From: Takakia lepidozioides | Taxonomy: Eukaryota > Plantae > Bryophyta | Reading direction: 5' to 3' | DNA: 64,000 nt | Assembly: GCA_030704615.1 (NCBI GenBank) | Contig: CM060734.1 | Location: 29,946,001 to 30,010,000 of the forward strand | Part shown: piece after piece, positions 25,400 through 38,924 of the stretch | Numbering within the stretch: the stretch's first letter is position 1 | How the letters are laid out: each line of letters opens with the position of its first letter | Translations under genes and position numbers: made by a program | Notes under the pieces: generated by a model | Databases searched by the model: none | What the model was told of the DNA's origin: nothing | What the model saw: the letters and a program-made list of their open reading frames with translations, nothing else

Positions 25400-26600
25400 T
25401 AGAAGGGGAGCATGTGGATGAATCTTCCAATGATGGTGGTGTGGAGCCAGCTTAGGGCATTGGAAGAGCTAATTGGAGAACAAATTGTGGGAAGTCCTTG
25501 AAGAGACATCATCATTCAAGCATGCTTCCCAAGTGTGGCTTCCAGCTTCAAGCTTGAGGAGAGCTAGAAGGTGAAGGGAGCAAGTTGATTCCCCTTGTGT
25601 ATGAGATGATGCATGTGTGGAGCATGCTTTTGGCTTGAGCTTTGCCTTTTCAAGCTTGAGAGGAGCGGCTCTTGAGCTAGCAAGTGAAGGGAGCTTGAAT
25701 GATCAAGGCTTGAGAGGAGACAAGTCTTGGTGGCTTGCCAAAGGAGGTACAAGCTTGATTTTGAGTTCTAATGAGTGATGAGCTTGTTGTGTGGCCAATG
25801 CATTGCTAGTTGAGTTGGAGACTAGCTTGAGGTGAAGAAGATCAAGGGAATTTGCCTTGGTATCCCATAGAATTCATGGATGCTTGAGGGAATTAAGCAT
25901 AGAGCTCCAAGAAGCACAAACCCTAGCTTGGTAAGGCTAAACTTCAAGGAAATAGAGGGGGAAGTGGATAAAGCTTAGGGGGAAATGGCTAAACCCTAGG
26001 GGGAAATGAACTATTCTATGAGGGGAGAAATGACTATTCCTAAGGAGAATACAAGGGGAATACAAAGAAAATACATATAGGCCTAGGGAAATATTGGGAG
26101 AATACTATATTCTCAGGAATATTCTTAGGGAACTTTGGGAACATATTGGGAACATATTGGGAACTCATTGGTAATTTGGGAACGCATTGGGAACGCATTG
26201 GGAACATAGTGAGTCCTTGAAGGACTGTTTGGAGTCCTTAGAGGACTATTTGGAGGACTATTTGGGGTCATTGGAAGATAATTTGGGGTCCTTGGAGGAC
26301 TATTGGGGGACCTTGGAGGCCAATATTTGGCGAGCTTGATGACTATTTGGAGTACTATTGGGAGTCCTTGGAGGACTATCTGGGGTCCTTGGAGGCCAAT
26401 ATTTGGCGAGCTTGAGGAGTCTTTGGCGACTTGTGTGAGGGACTATTTGATGTCCTCGAGGGCCAAGTTTTGGCAGGCTCTTGGGGCCTTGGTGTACTAC
26501 TTGGAGTCTCATTGTGCAAGGTTTGGGAGCCTTAGTGAGATTGTTTGAAAGACATCTTGAGGGCTCATGGAGAATTATTTGAGAAACCCTTGAAAAGTAG
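25400..26600 (+). mobile_element. Retroelement leader-like remnant with short tandem repeats (ATTGGGA, GTCCTTGGAGGACTATT)
   Basis: Local similarity to 3880-3935; degenerate tandem repeats at 26090-26460. Confidence 0.35.
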
Positions 26601-28174
26601 TCTTATCTATTGCTCCAGCAAGAGAGTGTGGAGATAGGGTAGTGGGATTCCCTTCAGATTTATCCCTTCAGCTGTAGACAGTTCTACACGATCCGGTATT
26701 CCATAAATGTTAGGTTGTGCGACCACACATTTTATATGTTTTATGTTTTTAACTCAAGAGAGGCCAAGAAGAGTGAGTGGAAAATATCCACCAAAGCTTG
26801 GTGGGGAGTCACCCCCAAAATTAAACCTTCTAAGCCTGTAAAAATGACCAGATCCGAAGAAAATTGTCAATTATATCTGACGACCTTTGGTGTATCCTTT
26901 TCAATGTATTGTGGCATATGAAAAAAGAAACATTGGTCACATTTCATGGGGGTACTTAGTGAAGTAGATGTGATAATATTTTCTTCTTTATTTGCTCCTC
27001 CCCAAGGAGAGACCACACATTGATTGTTTTCTCCTGATATACCTTTCCCAGTTAATACCTATCTATCAAGATCATACATTCCCCAATAAATAGCCATTTT
27101 CAGTATACTCTAGATTCTCATCCCTGTATTGTTACCTATTCATTCATAACTTGGTGGGTGCTATAATTTCATTATATTCAGTTCCTTTCAGATTTATCCC
27201 GTCAGTTCTATTATATTCATTTTCTCTCAGTTTTATCAGAATGACTTCCATTATATTCAGTTCCTTTCAGTTTTATCACATTCAATTCCATTATATTCAT
27301 CTCTTCAGATTTATCCCTCCAATTCCACATTCAAATTTTCTTTTCGCATTTGTCTCTTGCATTTAATTTATTATTATAATTTTCTATCGAGGTGAAAATA
27401 TAAAATATTTTTATTTTAAATTTCATATTTATTTGTTTGTTAATTATTATCCTCGGGGATTATTGTCAGTGCCGACGATTTTGATTTTATGTTTTAAATA
27501 TTTATCATTTTTATTTCAATAAAATCAAGACCGCCAGCACTAGCATTTCCGTTTTGTAATTAGGGAAAAAAATGAAAACAAAGGGGGGGTCGAGAGGATC
27601 CACGATATGAGCTCCGCATGTTGCGGTGAGGAGGCTGAGGACTTGGCGGTTTCGAGAGTCCTGCTCAACGAATGCGTCCTCCTACTCCCTTCGTCTCTCT
27701 CCCTTCATCTCCTACGACGAATGCCGCCTGTCCTCCCTTCATCTTCCCCCATCTCTCTCGTGGATGTATGATTTATGGCGTAAGAGACTTTCGAAAAACC
27801 TCCCCTAACTAGGGTTTTTCGCACCTTGAGTTCTCTCTATTCACTGCACTTGTCGTTTCCCCTTCAATCCTACTTCTCGGATTCCGCTTTCAATGCTTGA
27901 AAGACAAGCGGGGAAATCTCCTTCCAGCTCGCTGTCAAACTCTTCTGCACCACTGCTCAAGTGTGTCGCGATGCAGTGGACGATTACTCCCTCGGCGGAT
28001 TCCCTCTCATTTTTGAAGAGCTCATAGCGGCAGTTACTGCATGACCTTCAGATATGCAACCCTCTCCTTCCTCTCCCCTCCACTCTCATTGCTATCGCAT
28101 GGCGTCCTTGCTAAAGTCTTGCTCCTTTCCTCGTTGCCCCGTGTCTGCGAGTCTGTCTTTCTTGTTCCTTTTGC

Positions 28175-29489
28175 TATGGCCCCAGTGCATGTTGCTTCCG
28201 GTGGACCCCCAAGGAACTCGTCCTTCCGTTCATCTCGGCCGCACAGAGAGAGAAGGCGCAGTGGTAACTACAATAGGGCTGGCCCTGGGTTACTGGGCTC
28301 TGCTCCATATGTCTCATCTCCCCCTGGTAGACATGTTGAAGCATGGAGTGAAGCAGCAACAGCCTCCAGTGCTGAGCAACCTGTCTTGAACCTTGATATG
28401 GAGGTCATCAAAGGACACTCTAAGCTTTTGTCTGAACAGGGAATCCTCTTGCATTTTCCTGGGAGAGTAAGGGATAGACATTGGGCTACAATGTGGAGCA
28501 CCTTGGTGCAGATGGGGGCCTCACTGGCCATTTCTGCCACCCTCTGGGAAGGGGTTTTTTCTCTATCATGTTCAGTTCTCCAGAGTATGCAGCTAAAGCT
28601 CTGAAATTCAATGTAAGGAGATCTAGGTACAGGGTCCATCTGTTCCCTTGGTCTGCAGAGTGGGGAAATTGGGGGTCACTTGTAAACCAAGAATTATAGC
28701 TCTGGACCGTACCTGCCTGGGAACTATCTTTGTTCATTGCCCGAGATTGGGGCTCATTTTGGAGCTTACATTGGTTCTTTGAACATCAACAATATTGTGG
28801 AGGAGGATCTTCTGAGTATTGACTCAAACGGGCACCAGGACAACACTTGGGATTCTGGAGTCCCCAAAATAGTTGTATGGATGTCAGAAGCGTCGCAGAT
28901 CTCGGAGTCCTTGAAACTCCCTACCCTCAACAACTCATATATTACTGTTTCTGTCTTCGAGGAATGCCTAAGCATACTTTGCTATCTCTGCCACAAAGAG
29001 GGCCACATTAAAGCGGATTGCCCTCAAGCCAAGTTGGAGAAGAATGCTAACCCATCTGTTCCTGCTGTGGCAGCTTCCCAAAGTCATAATCAGGAGATGC
29101 GAGTCAAGGATTCCAGCCAGGTGGCTCCACACAGATCCAGAGATGAGGCGTCTCCCTCAGATATTCCTCCTTCTAAGAAACCGAGGGTCTTGGCCACTCC
29201 CTCCCCGGCAAGCACTTTCAATCCAAGGGAGTTCCTTCTCTCCCCTGTCAATCCAATTTCTTGTTCAAGAGCAGAAACTGCTTGTTTTGTGCTGGCTGAA
29301 AGAGAACCTGATAACTTAGGGGTCTTCTGTACCAGGCTGAAGTCCTTCAGAAATCTGGGTCTGCCGGATGATTTCAAGCCTGAAGGCCCCTTGATTGTTG
29401 CTATATATACATGTTACTCCTGTGGTGTTGGGGCTCCCACTCTGATTTCCACTGTATCACCCCTTCAGTCAAGTACAATTGTGGGCTGA
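28175..29489 (+). mobile_element. L1-type LINE ORF1 (DUF4283-like region + zinc knuckle), disrupted
   Basis: HPLGRGFFSIMFSS...LFPWS, then CYLCHKEGHIKADC (CX2CX4HX4C), lying upstream of an APE ORF2. Confidence 0.75.
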
Positions 29490-29698
29490 CTTCCCACCTA
29501 TGCCGGGTAGACCCCACTATCAGGAAATGGTGGATGGTCTGAGTAGCTACACGGATCAATGAATGAAGCAAGACACTTGCATCTTGCACTCAACAATACA
29601 TGATGGTCCGTACTTTCAGGAAATGGTGGATGGCCTGAGTAGCTACACAGATCAATGAATGAAGCAAGACACTAGCATCTTTCCAAGAAAACATCCTT

Positions 29699-29950
29699 TC
29701 ACCAGTAATCACCACAAGAACAAATCCCATCTTCAAAGTGGTGGAAAGTAGTTAGTAAAAAGCGTGTGTCAGGCACATACCCCGCCTCTTTCATCTGCCC
29801 AGACAATCTTCTCAGCTCAGCATGGATTTCCTTAATTCTGGGATGCAACTTGTCATCTGGCTCCTTTCTAACCCCTCTGACCTTCATCATTCTTCTCACC
29901 TTTGCAGCATCATCCCACCTGCCAGCTGCAGCATACATGTTTGATATAGC
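29699..29950 (-). pseudogene. PPR E/E+/DYW domain fragment with internal deletions
   Basis: SNMYAAAGRWDDAAKVRRMMKVRGVRKEP / HPRIKEIHAELRRLSGQMKEAGYVPDT / FHHFEDGICSCGDYW*; the HxE and CxxC deaminase motifs are missing. Confidence 0.9.
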
Positions 29951-31241
29951 AACTGGGTTATTGCCTTGCTTACTTCCTTGTGTAAGCTCTTCTCCTCTTG
30001 CCATGCCAAGCATTCTGGATCTTGTTTCCGGTCTTCGTCGGATTCAGGTTCCTTGTCTGGAGGTTTATATTTCTTGGCCTGATTTTGGGTTACCGCAAAG
30101 GTATCCACCACAGGTGTTACCACACTCACGGCTACACTTAGTCTTGCTTATATGTTTTCCAATTCTACCTCATGCTTAAGTCGTAATTGGCATTCGTGTT
30201 TCCAGTGCCTTCTTTCTTGCAATAGTGGCATCTCGTGGTTTCCTTGTTTCTGGATTGATCTTCCCTATCCCCTGGTGGATAGTCATCTCGTGGCCTCTAA
30301 TAACAATTTCCCGTATTTTGGCAACTGACAATGATACTTTTGCGGGCTCCTGGTTTTTTCCAGAGGATATCTAGTCTATGCAACCAGGGAAAGAGATGGA
30401 CATTATTCTGCTTAAAGTGCAATCTATCTTTTCCTCCCTCCTCCCTCACCTTGCTATCTCAAGCTCTACTCCTATCTATTTTGGGTCTTTCATGCACAGA
30501 TGCACCTCTGGAGATTTCTCAATTCAACTCCTCCCCACTATCAAACTTTCTGATGCCAGTCTTCATGATAGCTCTTAATTCTCATGCCTAACCTGGCTTG
30601 CTGGGAAACAGATCCCGGATGGATTCGGAGAAGCTGGAAACAAATCATTTATGGCCGCAATTTTCAATGCAGGTATGCTGATAGCGGAGCAAATCTTGTA
30701 CAATCAACGACATCCAAGGTCGGAGGTCTGATGACAAAATTTTCTCTCTATCGGATTTGAACATTGAGTCCCCTTCCCCGGTGAGCTCTGCCTTGACCTT
30801 CTGTGCACAAGAGTTTGTCCCTTCTCCTTTGTGTTCTGATGGGGTTTTCGAAGGTGTTTTCATCAACAGAATTGAAGGTCTGCTGCCGTTTATGCCCCCC
30901 AAATGTAGCAAAGGCTTGGCCAACACATATGATACCCCAGTCAAGATCCTCCTCAGCCTTGAAGGCAGATGTGAGTTGTTTTCCCTGCCTGTCTGCTGGA
31001 GACACCACCTGCTTCCATGGACATCCCACTTCCTCCCTAACTCCAATATCTGGAAGGGCAACACGGCTATCCTCCTGGAGTTGCTTGATGAATTCAACCT
31101 TGCCCACTCTTTTTCACTTTCAGCCTTCACCACCCGGTCTTTCTGCCACTATGAGTTGCCAATCTTCATATAGTACTGGTGCAGGAATTACCTACAGCTA
31201 TCAAATCATGGACCCCACTCCAGCTGCTTCTGGTTTCCTAC

Positions 31242-32310
31242 ATGACCTGGGCGCTGCATTCTTGGAACATGCGTGGCATTGGCTCGGATGCCACTATGCC
31301 TAAACGTAGAAGAGTCAAGCGTTGGGCCTCCTCTCTCACCTCGTCTCCGGCTGTTATCTTCCTTCAAGAAACGAAGCTGGATGCTCTCAAGATTGCCTCT
31401 GTTGGGAATACCTTCTGGCCTCCCAATCAATGCTGGTGGAACCCGACAGGGACGGCTTCCCATGGGGGAACGGCTATCCTAGTGATCTCTTCCCTGGCGT
31501 GTGCATTCAAAGAAGTTCGGACTTGGGTTCAAGGAAGGGTGCAATGCGCATTCACTGCCCGGCTTCGAGCCTTGGAAATTATGCCTTTCTCAACTATATG
31601 CCCCCAATTCTTCCCTCGAGAGAGCTGCTCTTTGGGATACCATTAGGGAACGAATTGTGGACCTGCCTCTCGTCACCAACCGGATTATTGCTGGAGACTT
31701 CAATATGGTTGACAGCTTCTCTGATCGCTTGACCCATTCTGAATCTCATTTCCTTTCTGAGGTGGAGCAGACAGCGACGTGGGACATGCTGTGCTTTTCA
31801 GTAGGCCTTGTGGATGCTGCTAAGGACTCAGAATCTGAGTTAAAGTTTACCTGGTCCAACCTTAGGCAGTCACCCAACTTAAGTATGGCTAGATTGGAGT
31901 CTAGTGCACACACTCCCCTCTTACCTGGTCCAGATGCCTTCCCCAAGGCCCTATCTTGCCAGATTTCGACCATGCTGCAGTTTCAGTACTGGCCTTCACT
32001 CCGCCGGGAGCGCACTCTAGAGGCCGTGGTTACTTCAAACTCAACCATGCAACCTTGGAGCTGCTGCTGCAGTTGAAGCAAACCTGGACTTCTTCGGCCA
32101 ACAACTTCACTTCACCCACCATTTCCTTTTTGCATAAGCTCCTGGCAAATAGGAAGGTTGCTCAGTCTCTATCCAGATCGCTGGCATTGGAAAGAACCAG
32201 AAGGGTCAAGGCCCTTTCAAAATGTCTCTCCCATTGCCAAAAAAGATTGGAGAGGGGATCGACCAATCCAGTGACTATGGATTCCTATCTGACTGCTAAG
32301 AGGAAATTTA
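31242..32310 (+). mobile_element. L1 ORF2 N-terminus: apurinic-like endonuclease, frameshifted and truncated before RT
   Basis: SWNMRG, FLQETKL, LYAPN, IIAGDFN, FTWSN, MARL, DH and FKLN motifs. Confidence 0.88.
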
Positions 32311-34783
32311 GGCTGCACAGTCATTCATACATGACAGTTTGTATGTGACCATTACGGTGAGGGTACCTGCACGATGATTGATCACAAAAGTCTGCTTACT
32401 ATTACCTTTGTGAGGGGCTCACTCCAGTAGTTGGAGCTACCTCGATATAAACAATTGGTTGCATCAATCTGCTGTGTCTGAGCTACCTAGCAATTAGACC
32501 CCAACAGGGCCAGGGCCTTAGGCTCAGAATCGATACTTTGAAAGTTAGTGAACAGAGGTGCAAGCACTATATGGTCCTGAAGAGGGTGGCTCTCTGATGA
32601 GAATACCCGGGACACTGTTTTAGAAAATGGGTATTGCCTTCAGCGCGCCCACACATCGAGCATTGACAATCTCCCTTTCCTGTCTGCATGTGTTATTTGT
32701 TCAAGAATTGACCCCCCGCCCTGGGGTTAAATTGTAGTTTAATGCTGAGGATAGGTAGGCCTTTCAGCCTAAGGTTCACCCATGTCACAAACTGGAAACA
32801 AGTTCAGGGATGTTTATTCCTAACTTATTTTTGTTCAAGCATTATTCATGCTTCGGACGTGGCTTTAGACACTTCAGCCTCCAAGTGAGCTTCATCCAAC
32901 AGGGTCAGTTCTTCCTGCCCAAACTTCAGGTACTTGAAACATCTCCTCTACATTTTTTTGCCATGACTTCAAACTATTTAACAGGACGGTCTTGCTTCTG
33001 GCAAGAAATAGAGTCTGTCATCTTAGGGTATCTGGTATTAGGCACTGAGCCCACCATCTGACCTTGAACTAACTCATGACTTTGAGAGCTCGAGGGTGGT
33101 GCGCCAAACTCGCCTTGAACAGCCGCATTAGCTATTGTAGAGCACGCTGACATGCTCTCTTTGAGCACCGAAAGCTGAATGGATTTTAAAGTTTTAGGCA
33201 TGGTTGAAGTTGCTCTCCCACACGGCAATGCCTACTCCAAGGTAGGCCAACATGGTAGTTGTAACTTCAGTATTAATCCGTCTGCAGTGGAAACATTTGA
33301 GTGAGAATATCCAAAGTTTGTGTTTAGTTGTTTGACCTGTTTTGTGTATGTTCATCACAGTTACAACTGGAGGAGAACTCCACAGCAAGATATGTGCTGG
33401 AAGGGAGCACACAATTGTGGCATTTAATGATCGTGGGGAGGGATGAGGGGATCTGGCCTAATCTGACCTACCATGCAGACTTGTGAACTGTTGTCACTGA
33501 CTGGTTTCAAGTGAGACTGCATGCCCTTTTTTGTCAAGTTGCATTTGTATATGGCTTGTACCAAATATGGTCGTTGTTATAAAAGGGACGATATCAGCGA
33601 GGCAGGGGAAGAGTAGCAGATGTAGCATAGGTAGCTGAATGTAAAGTTTGTCACACTGGTAGTGGGTACCAAGTCCAGTCTATTCAAACAGGTGAACAGA
33701 CCCCTGAGTTTGTGTCACTTATCTTTGTTGTTATGACTTCAAACTACTCTCCAACGAGCTACCCTTTTTGTGTTATAGTGAGGGGGGCAAGTGGATCCCA
33801 TTTTTGGAGACCTGGACAGTAACCTATTTTCTAGTGTGCAGAAGAAGGGCCCAACAGTGTGATTGTTGATTGCCAAGGAATTTTGAGTGTCTGTGTTGAA
33901 AATGTTTGGTTTCTCTTGCTGCCATGTTAGTCCTTGAAGAATTTACATTTTACTATCCTCTGATTCCATCTGTTTGCCTGCATATGTTGTCGCATTTGTG
34001 GGGCTACTATTCAACAAGTTTCAGCTGTTTGTGCAGCTGATTTGCGGGATGGCAGGTGGCCTGCGGCTCTCCCTCACGCTACCTCCCACCACATCTTGCA
34101 AAAGCATTACAAGTGTGGCACCCCCTTAGCTTATGTGCAATCTGGTGTTCCCTACTCATATTTTCACTTTTATTGCGTACCTCATAGCCTAGGTGGGGTA
34201 GAGGGGTAGAGTAGTCTCTTGTTGTTGTAGCACGTGACAACCCAGCTCATCCTTGCGTACCTAATTACCTAAATTGAACCATGACGCTAGATTGAAGGAA
34301 CTTGTCCCTTCTGTCAATCATTGGTTGGGATCGAAGAGGAATATGGTAATGCATATCATCAATATGTGAATGTTGATTCTTTGAAGCTTCACCATGTGGG
34401 GGAATATAGAATTTGGAAACATGTGGAAAGCAGGTTTGTCATCTATGTGGATCACTTGCACTTCTTGAAGGCTGCACTTGCGTTAACCATAGACGATCCA
34501 GACTTGGCCTCTGATTGAAAAGGTAATTTCATGTCAGAATTAGGTAGTATGGTTGTCATGAAGCTGGAAATATCAGTAGGGTTTAGGGTTTGTTGGTTTG
34601 TTGTTTTGTTGGTTTGTTGGTTCTCATGAAGCTGGAAATGTCGGTAGGGTGTTGGTTTGTAGCTCCATCCTTGCCCCCTCATGTTGCTGTCTCTGTACAT
34701 AACCAACCTGGAGTTGTAAAAAACTAGTTTAATGGGAATGTGGGGCTGGGAGTATGTAGGGCACTCAGGAAGCGGTTCAAAAC

Positions 34784-36290
34784 AATGGTGCAGTCGGGGA
34801 GTAAGTTACAGAATTCACCTACGAATGGGAAGAGTTCCAATGCAGCATCTGAAGATACTATGGGCGAAAGAGGGGGGCACAAATCAGCAGATTACTTCAG
34901 GGATGTCCTCAAGCTAAATGCGAAAGGCAAGAATCCCAAACAACTTCTCTTAGACAAAGACATCACCAAAGAACAATGTGCAAAGTTGTTTGGACAACCT
35001 GCAAACAAGAATGGCTACTTTTACATGGGTTGTACTGACAAGAGTATGATTCCCAAAATCGAGGACCTGTGGAGTAAGGTTCATGGGTATGATTGTAAAC
35101 CAACCGGTGGTATCATTGCAAACTTGATGGCAAGGGGCATTGTCTATGAAAAAAAGACTGGACAAAAACTCAATTGGGCAGCATACGCGGCATGGACAGC
35201 TAAGCAACAAGAAAGAATGAAGGAGCATCGAGAAGCAAAGGACCCTGGCAGCACAGACAGTAAGCCAAAGCTAGGAGTTTGTGAATTGAAAGACAGGCTA
35301 CACAAAACCCCAGGTAGAGGCAAAGAAGGACTGAAACAAACGCCTGAGCAAGTGATTGCAGAGATGGAAAGGAAAAAACATGAGCAAGAGTATGTGGCAA
35401 CTGCCCTAGCGAGTCTTCAAGAACTACATGATTTGAAGTATGAGGAGATGTGTGGGGCAAAGGAAGAGTTGGAGAGGTTAAAGAAAGGGAAGTTGGACTT
35501 GATGGAGAAGACGCGGACTGTTCGGGTGCAAATGGAAGACAGACAATGGTGTCTTGCAGAGTGTCGGAACAAGATTGCAGACCTAGAGGCCAAACTCTCC
35601 CACGAGGGTGCCACAATCCGAGCCGGGGAAGAGACCTTAATGCAAAAAGGGGAAGAAAGTGTTGGGTTACTGAATTGTGGAAAGGGAAGACAGTCTGAGA
35701 TGCAAAGGGAACTTGACCAGAAGAAATCAATTGAAGCAGAATTTTGGCTCAATGCTGATAAGACCGAAAAAGAGTTCAATGCTTTGTGTGATGCAGGGGA
35801 CCAGGAAGACATGGACATTAGAGTGGCAGAGAATGTGGTCGATGTTGCTGACACAGAGAGGAGTCTTATCCAAGATCAGATTGAGGCCTTGACAAATGGG
35901 GACAAAGACTCGCCATCTATCCTATGCCTATATGTCATCCTCAAGTGATCAAAGATAGTACGTCCATCAAGGATTTCCTGAAGGTCTCTCCTTGCCCTGT
36001 TTGCCACAAAGGTTTCCACTGTTGGGACATGGTGGTGGCATCTTGTAAGCACACTTACCATCCTGGTTGTATGGCATCCCATATGAAGACGTCAAACAGG
36101 TGTAGGGACTTCAGCTGTTCAGAGATCATGCATCCTGATTGGTGTTCTAGTTTTGGGTTTAGGATTCTTGACCCAGAGGTGCAGGCACTTGCGGAAAAGC
36201 TGAGAGTGGTTGGGCTGCGCCAAAGGTGGATGTCAAAGCAACTTCACAAAGCCAGGGTTAGAAACACCCAAGTTCCAAGTAAGATTGATT
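34784..36290 (+). pseudogene. Coiled-coil protein with C-terminal RING-H2-like finger, frameshift near 35930; probably transposon-borne
   Basis: Long E/K-rich heptads in 34740-35948, then CPVC-x13-C-K-H-x2-H-x2-C-x10-C-x4-C in 35924-36664; no introns; embedded among TEs. Confidence 0.55.
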
Positions 36291-37164
36291 GCAACATTTC
36301 CATGTTTTCTTCTTCAGAAAACTTGTGTGGTCCAAGGCTGTACCTCTTCATGTCCAATCCTCAGGACTGTAGTCCCAAGATTGGACCTTCAACCCCTTCA
36401 ACTGACTATGAGTCTGAATGTGGGACTGCAAATGTTATTATTTGTCCTTTTAGTGGAGTGAATCCTTACTGGGGAGTCCTTGAAGTCTTGTGCACATGCA
36501 ATCGTACTGCCGAAATTTTATTTCATCGGGAGAATGATAGTGTAGCATTTCCTACATTTTTTACTTTACTGTACAACTGGTATACGGTCTACAACCCTCC
36601 GGATTGTGGAGTATATGTGTACTGCAGGTGTTGGGGCACCAGCCTTCTTCCCTGTTTTGCGTAAGACTCTGGGTCGCATTTTCCATGCCTCAACGAAATC
36701 CCGTTTCCTTTTCAGCGACATATTGTTGTTGTCATTTACAGGACGGAAGCTCTTTGCTGCCGCAGGGTGTAACATTCATGCAGCACTCTTGGCGAGAATA
36801 TCAACAAGCTGCCCCCTACAGATTCGAAGAGAAGACAACACGTGTTTCTCCAGGTATTTGTCGTCACCAACAATACGAAGTATGTCTGCAAATTCTTCGT
36901 CCATGGAGGATGGTACGAAGACAGGCTCCGCATCATAGGGGAAGTCATCTGTGGAAGGGCCCTTTGTTGCATTTCCCAAACCCTCTTCGTCGCCGCCACT
37001 TGCATGAACCCTAAACACATTATGCAATCCTCCATGAATGGTTCCCAACGCCGTGCCACAAGCGCGCACTATGAGTCCATCCTACAAGTGTGGATGAAGC
37101 AACTTCAGGACTCGGACTTGATGCTTGCACAAATTGCCCTTCATTGCCCATGGGCGGGGGCTGC

Positions 37165-37870
37165 TATTAAATGGAGCGACCGCCAAGGTGGCAGTCGCTT
37201 CTACGAGGTGTGCCCTGCCCATGGAGCGAGGAGTGAGGCGGGGGGAGGGGGGCATATAAGCTTGGACTCATTCTCCCCTCACTTCCATTACTGGCGGTCG
37301 CTTTTATTTTTTTATTTTTGCGAAATGGAGCGACCGCCATTTGTGGCGGTCCCTTTTTTTTGTTTTTAAATGGAGCGACCGCCAAGGTGGCGGTCGCTTC
37401 TACGAGGTCTGCCCTGCGCGTGGAGCGAGGAATGAGACGGGGGGCATATAAGCTCCGAGTCATTCTCCCCTCACTTCCATTACTGGCAGTTTTTATTTTT
37501 ACAAAATGCAACGACCGCCATTTTTGGCGGTCGCTGTAATGGTTATTTTTTAAAATGCAATGACTGCCATTACTGGCGGTCGCTTTTATTTTTTTATTTT
37601 TGGAAATGGAGCGACCGTCATTACTGGCGGTCGTTTTTTTTAAAAAAAATAGAGCGACCGCGAAGGTGCCGGTCGCTTCTACGAGGTCTGTCCTGCGCGT
37701 GGAGCGAGGAATAGAGGGGGGGGATATATTTTTGGTACATGCAGCGACCGCCATTACTAGCGGTCGTTTTTATTTTAATTATTTTGGAAATGAAGCGACC
37801 GCCGTTACTGGCGGTCGGTTTTTTGTTTTTTGGATGAAAATCGAGCGACCGCCATTAGGGGCGATCGCCG
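37165..37870. repeat. Array of palindromic GCGACCGCCA-nnnn-TGGCGGTCGC units separated by T-tracts
   Basis: About 10 copies, plus a triplicated TCTACGAGGT...GGAGCGAGG block; the array ends at the LTR insertion at 37896. Confidence 0.85.
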
Positions 37871-37895
37871 CTATTGTTGTTTTTTGTAACTGCAG

Positions 37896-38924
37896 TGTCG
37901 AGCAGCTTTTACTCACCCATCCCTTCGCTATCCGAGGTGGAAACTCCAAGATAGAAGAGTTGGATATCTCTAAGCACTCAGCCTGCTCAGAACAATCAGT
38001 CATGACCTACAGCTAGTGAATCATGGTCGTGCTTCCTATTTGTATTCCTTCTTGCCTTCATGTTATCAATTTACCTTACCGTGTATACTGAAGCATCAGA
38101 TTGCTTCAGTATCTACTAAGTTCCAATTAATCATGCATTCATTCTACAGCTTCTCTCATATCTCTCTACACAGTATGTTTGTATCGATTCAGTATCGGAT
38201 TAAGATTAATCATGTATCATGCCTATGCCATGGTGTCCATAATCCACCCTACTGTATAATTTTACAACTTGCATGAATTAAGCCTCAATCAAGTCATCAT
38301 CTCCTCTTCACTGTTTCCGCTCTCCGTTACGTCTCCTCCTCTCCTGAACAAGTCGCCCTCCTCAAGAAGTGATCCTCTTCCTGTTGCCGCCCTGCCTAAT
38401 CTACCCGCAAGCTGTTCTAACCACTAACTAACTAACCGTCACCCCTGAAGTAACACGTTCCCTCTGCAGATGTTGTTCCCACACAGTCGTTTCCTATCAA
38501 TGATAACTGTTCCCCATGTACACTGTGACAGGCTGTGTCAAGCTGTGCTGAGCTATGACTGGCTGTGTAAAGCTGTATCGGGCTGTGACTGGCTGTGCGA
38601 AGCTGTGTCGGGCTGTGTCTGGCTGTGATAGACTGTGACGGGCTGTGTAAAGCTGTGTCGGCTGTGTCAGACTGTGTCTGGCTGTGTCAGACTGTGTCTG
38701 GCTGTGATAGACTGTGACGGGCTATGTAAAGCTGTGACTTGGCTGTGCGAAGCTGTGTCGGGCTGTGGTAGACAGTGACAAGCTTTCTACCCCCCTTAAA
38801 GCCTGCGACTGCCACCCCTAAGGCTCCTGTTGGTCTCAGTCTACCATTCATAAGTCTGCGCAAAAATTAAGGGTACCCCACAGAACCCGTAAAAGTGTCT
38901 AAGTCCCAAGCAGCCCCTCTAACA
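37896..38924 (-). mobile_element. 3' LTR (about 1.03 kb) of gypsy copy A
   Basis: The minus strand begins TGTT right after a polypurine tract and ends GACA; homologous to 43461-44494. Confidence 0.85.

Noticed and set aside
32350-34520. Possible decayed transposase or SWIM coding sequence
   Set aside because: All frames are heavily interrupted and I could not recognise a diagnostic motif.
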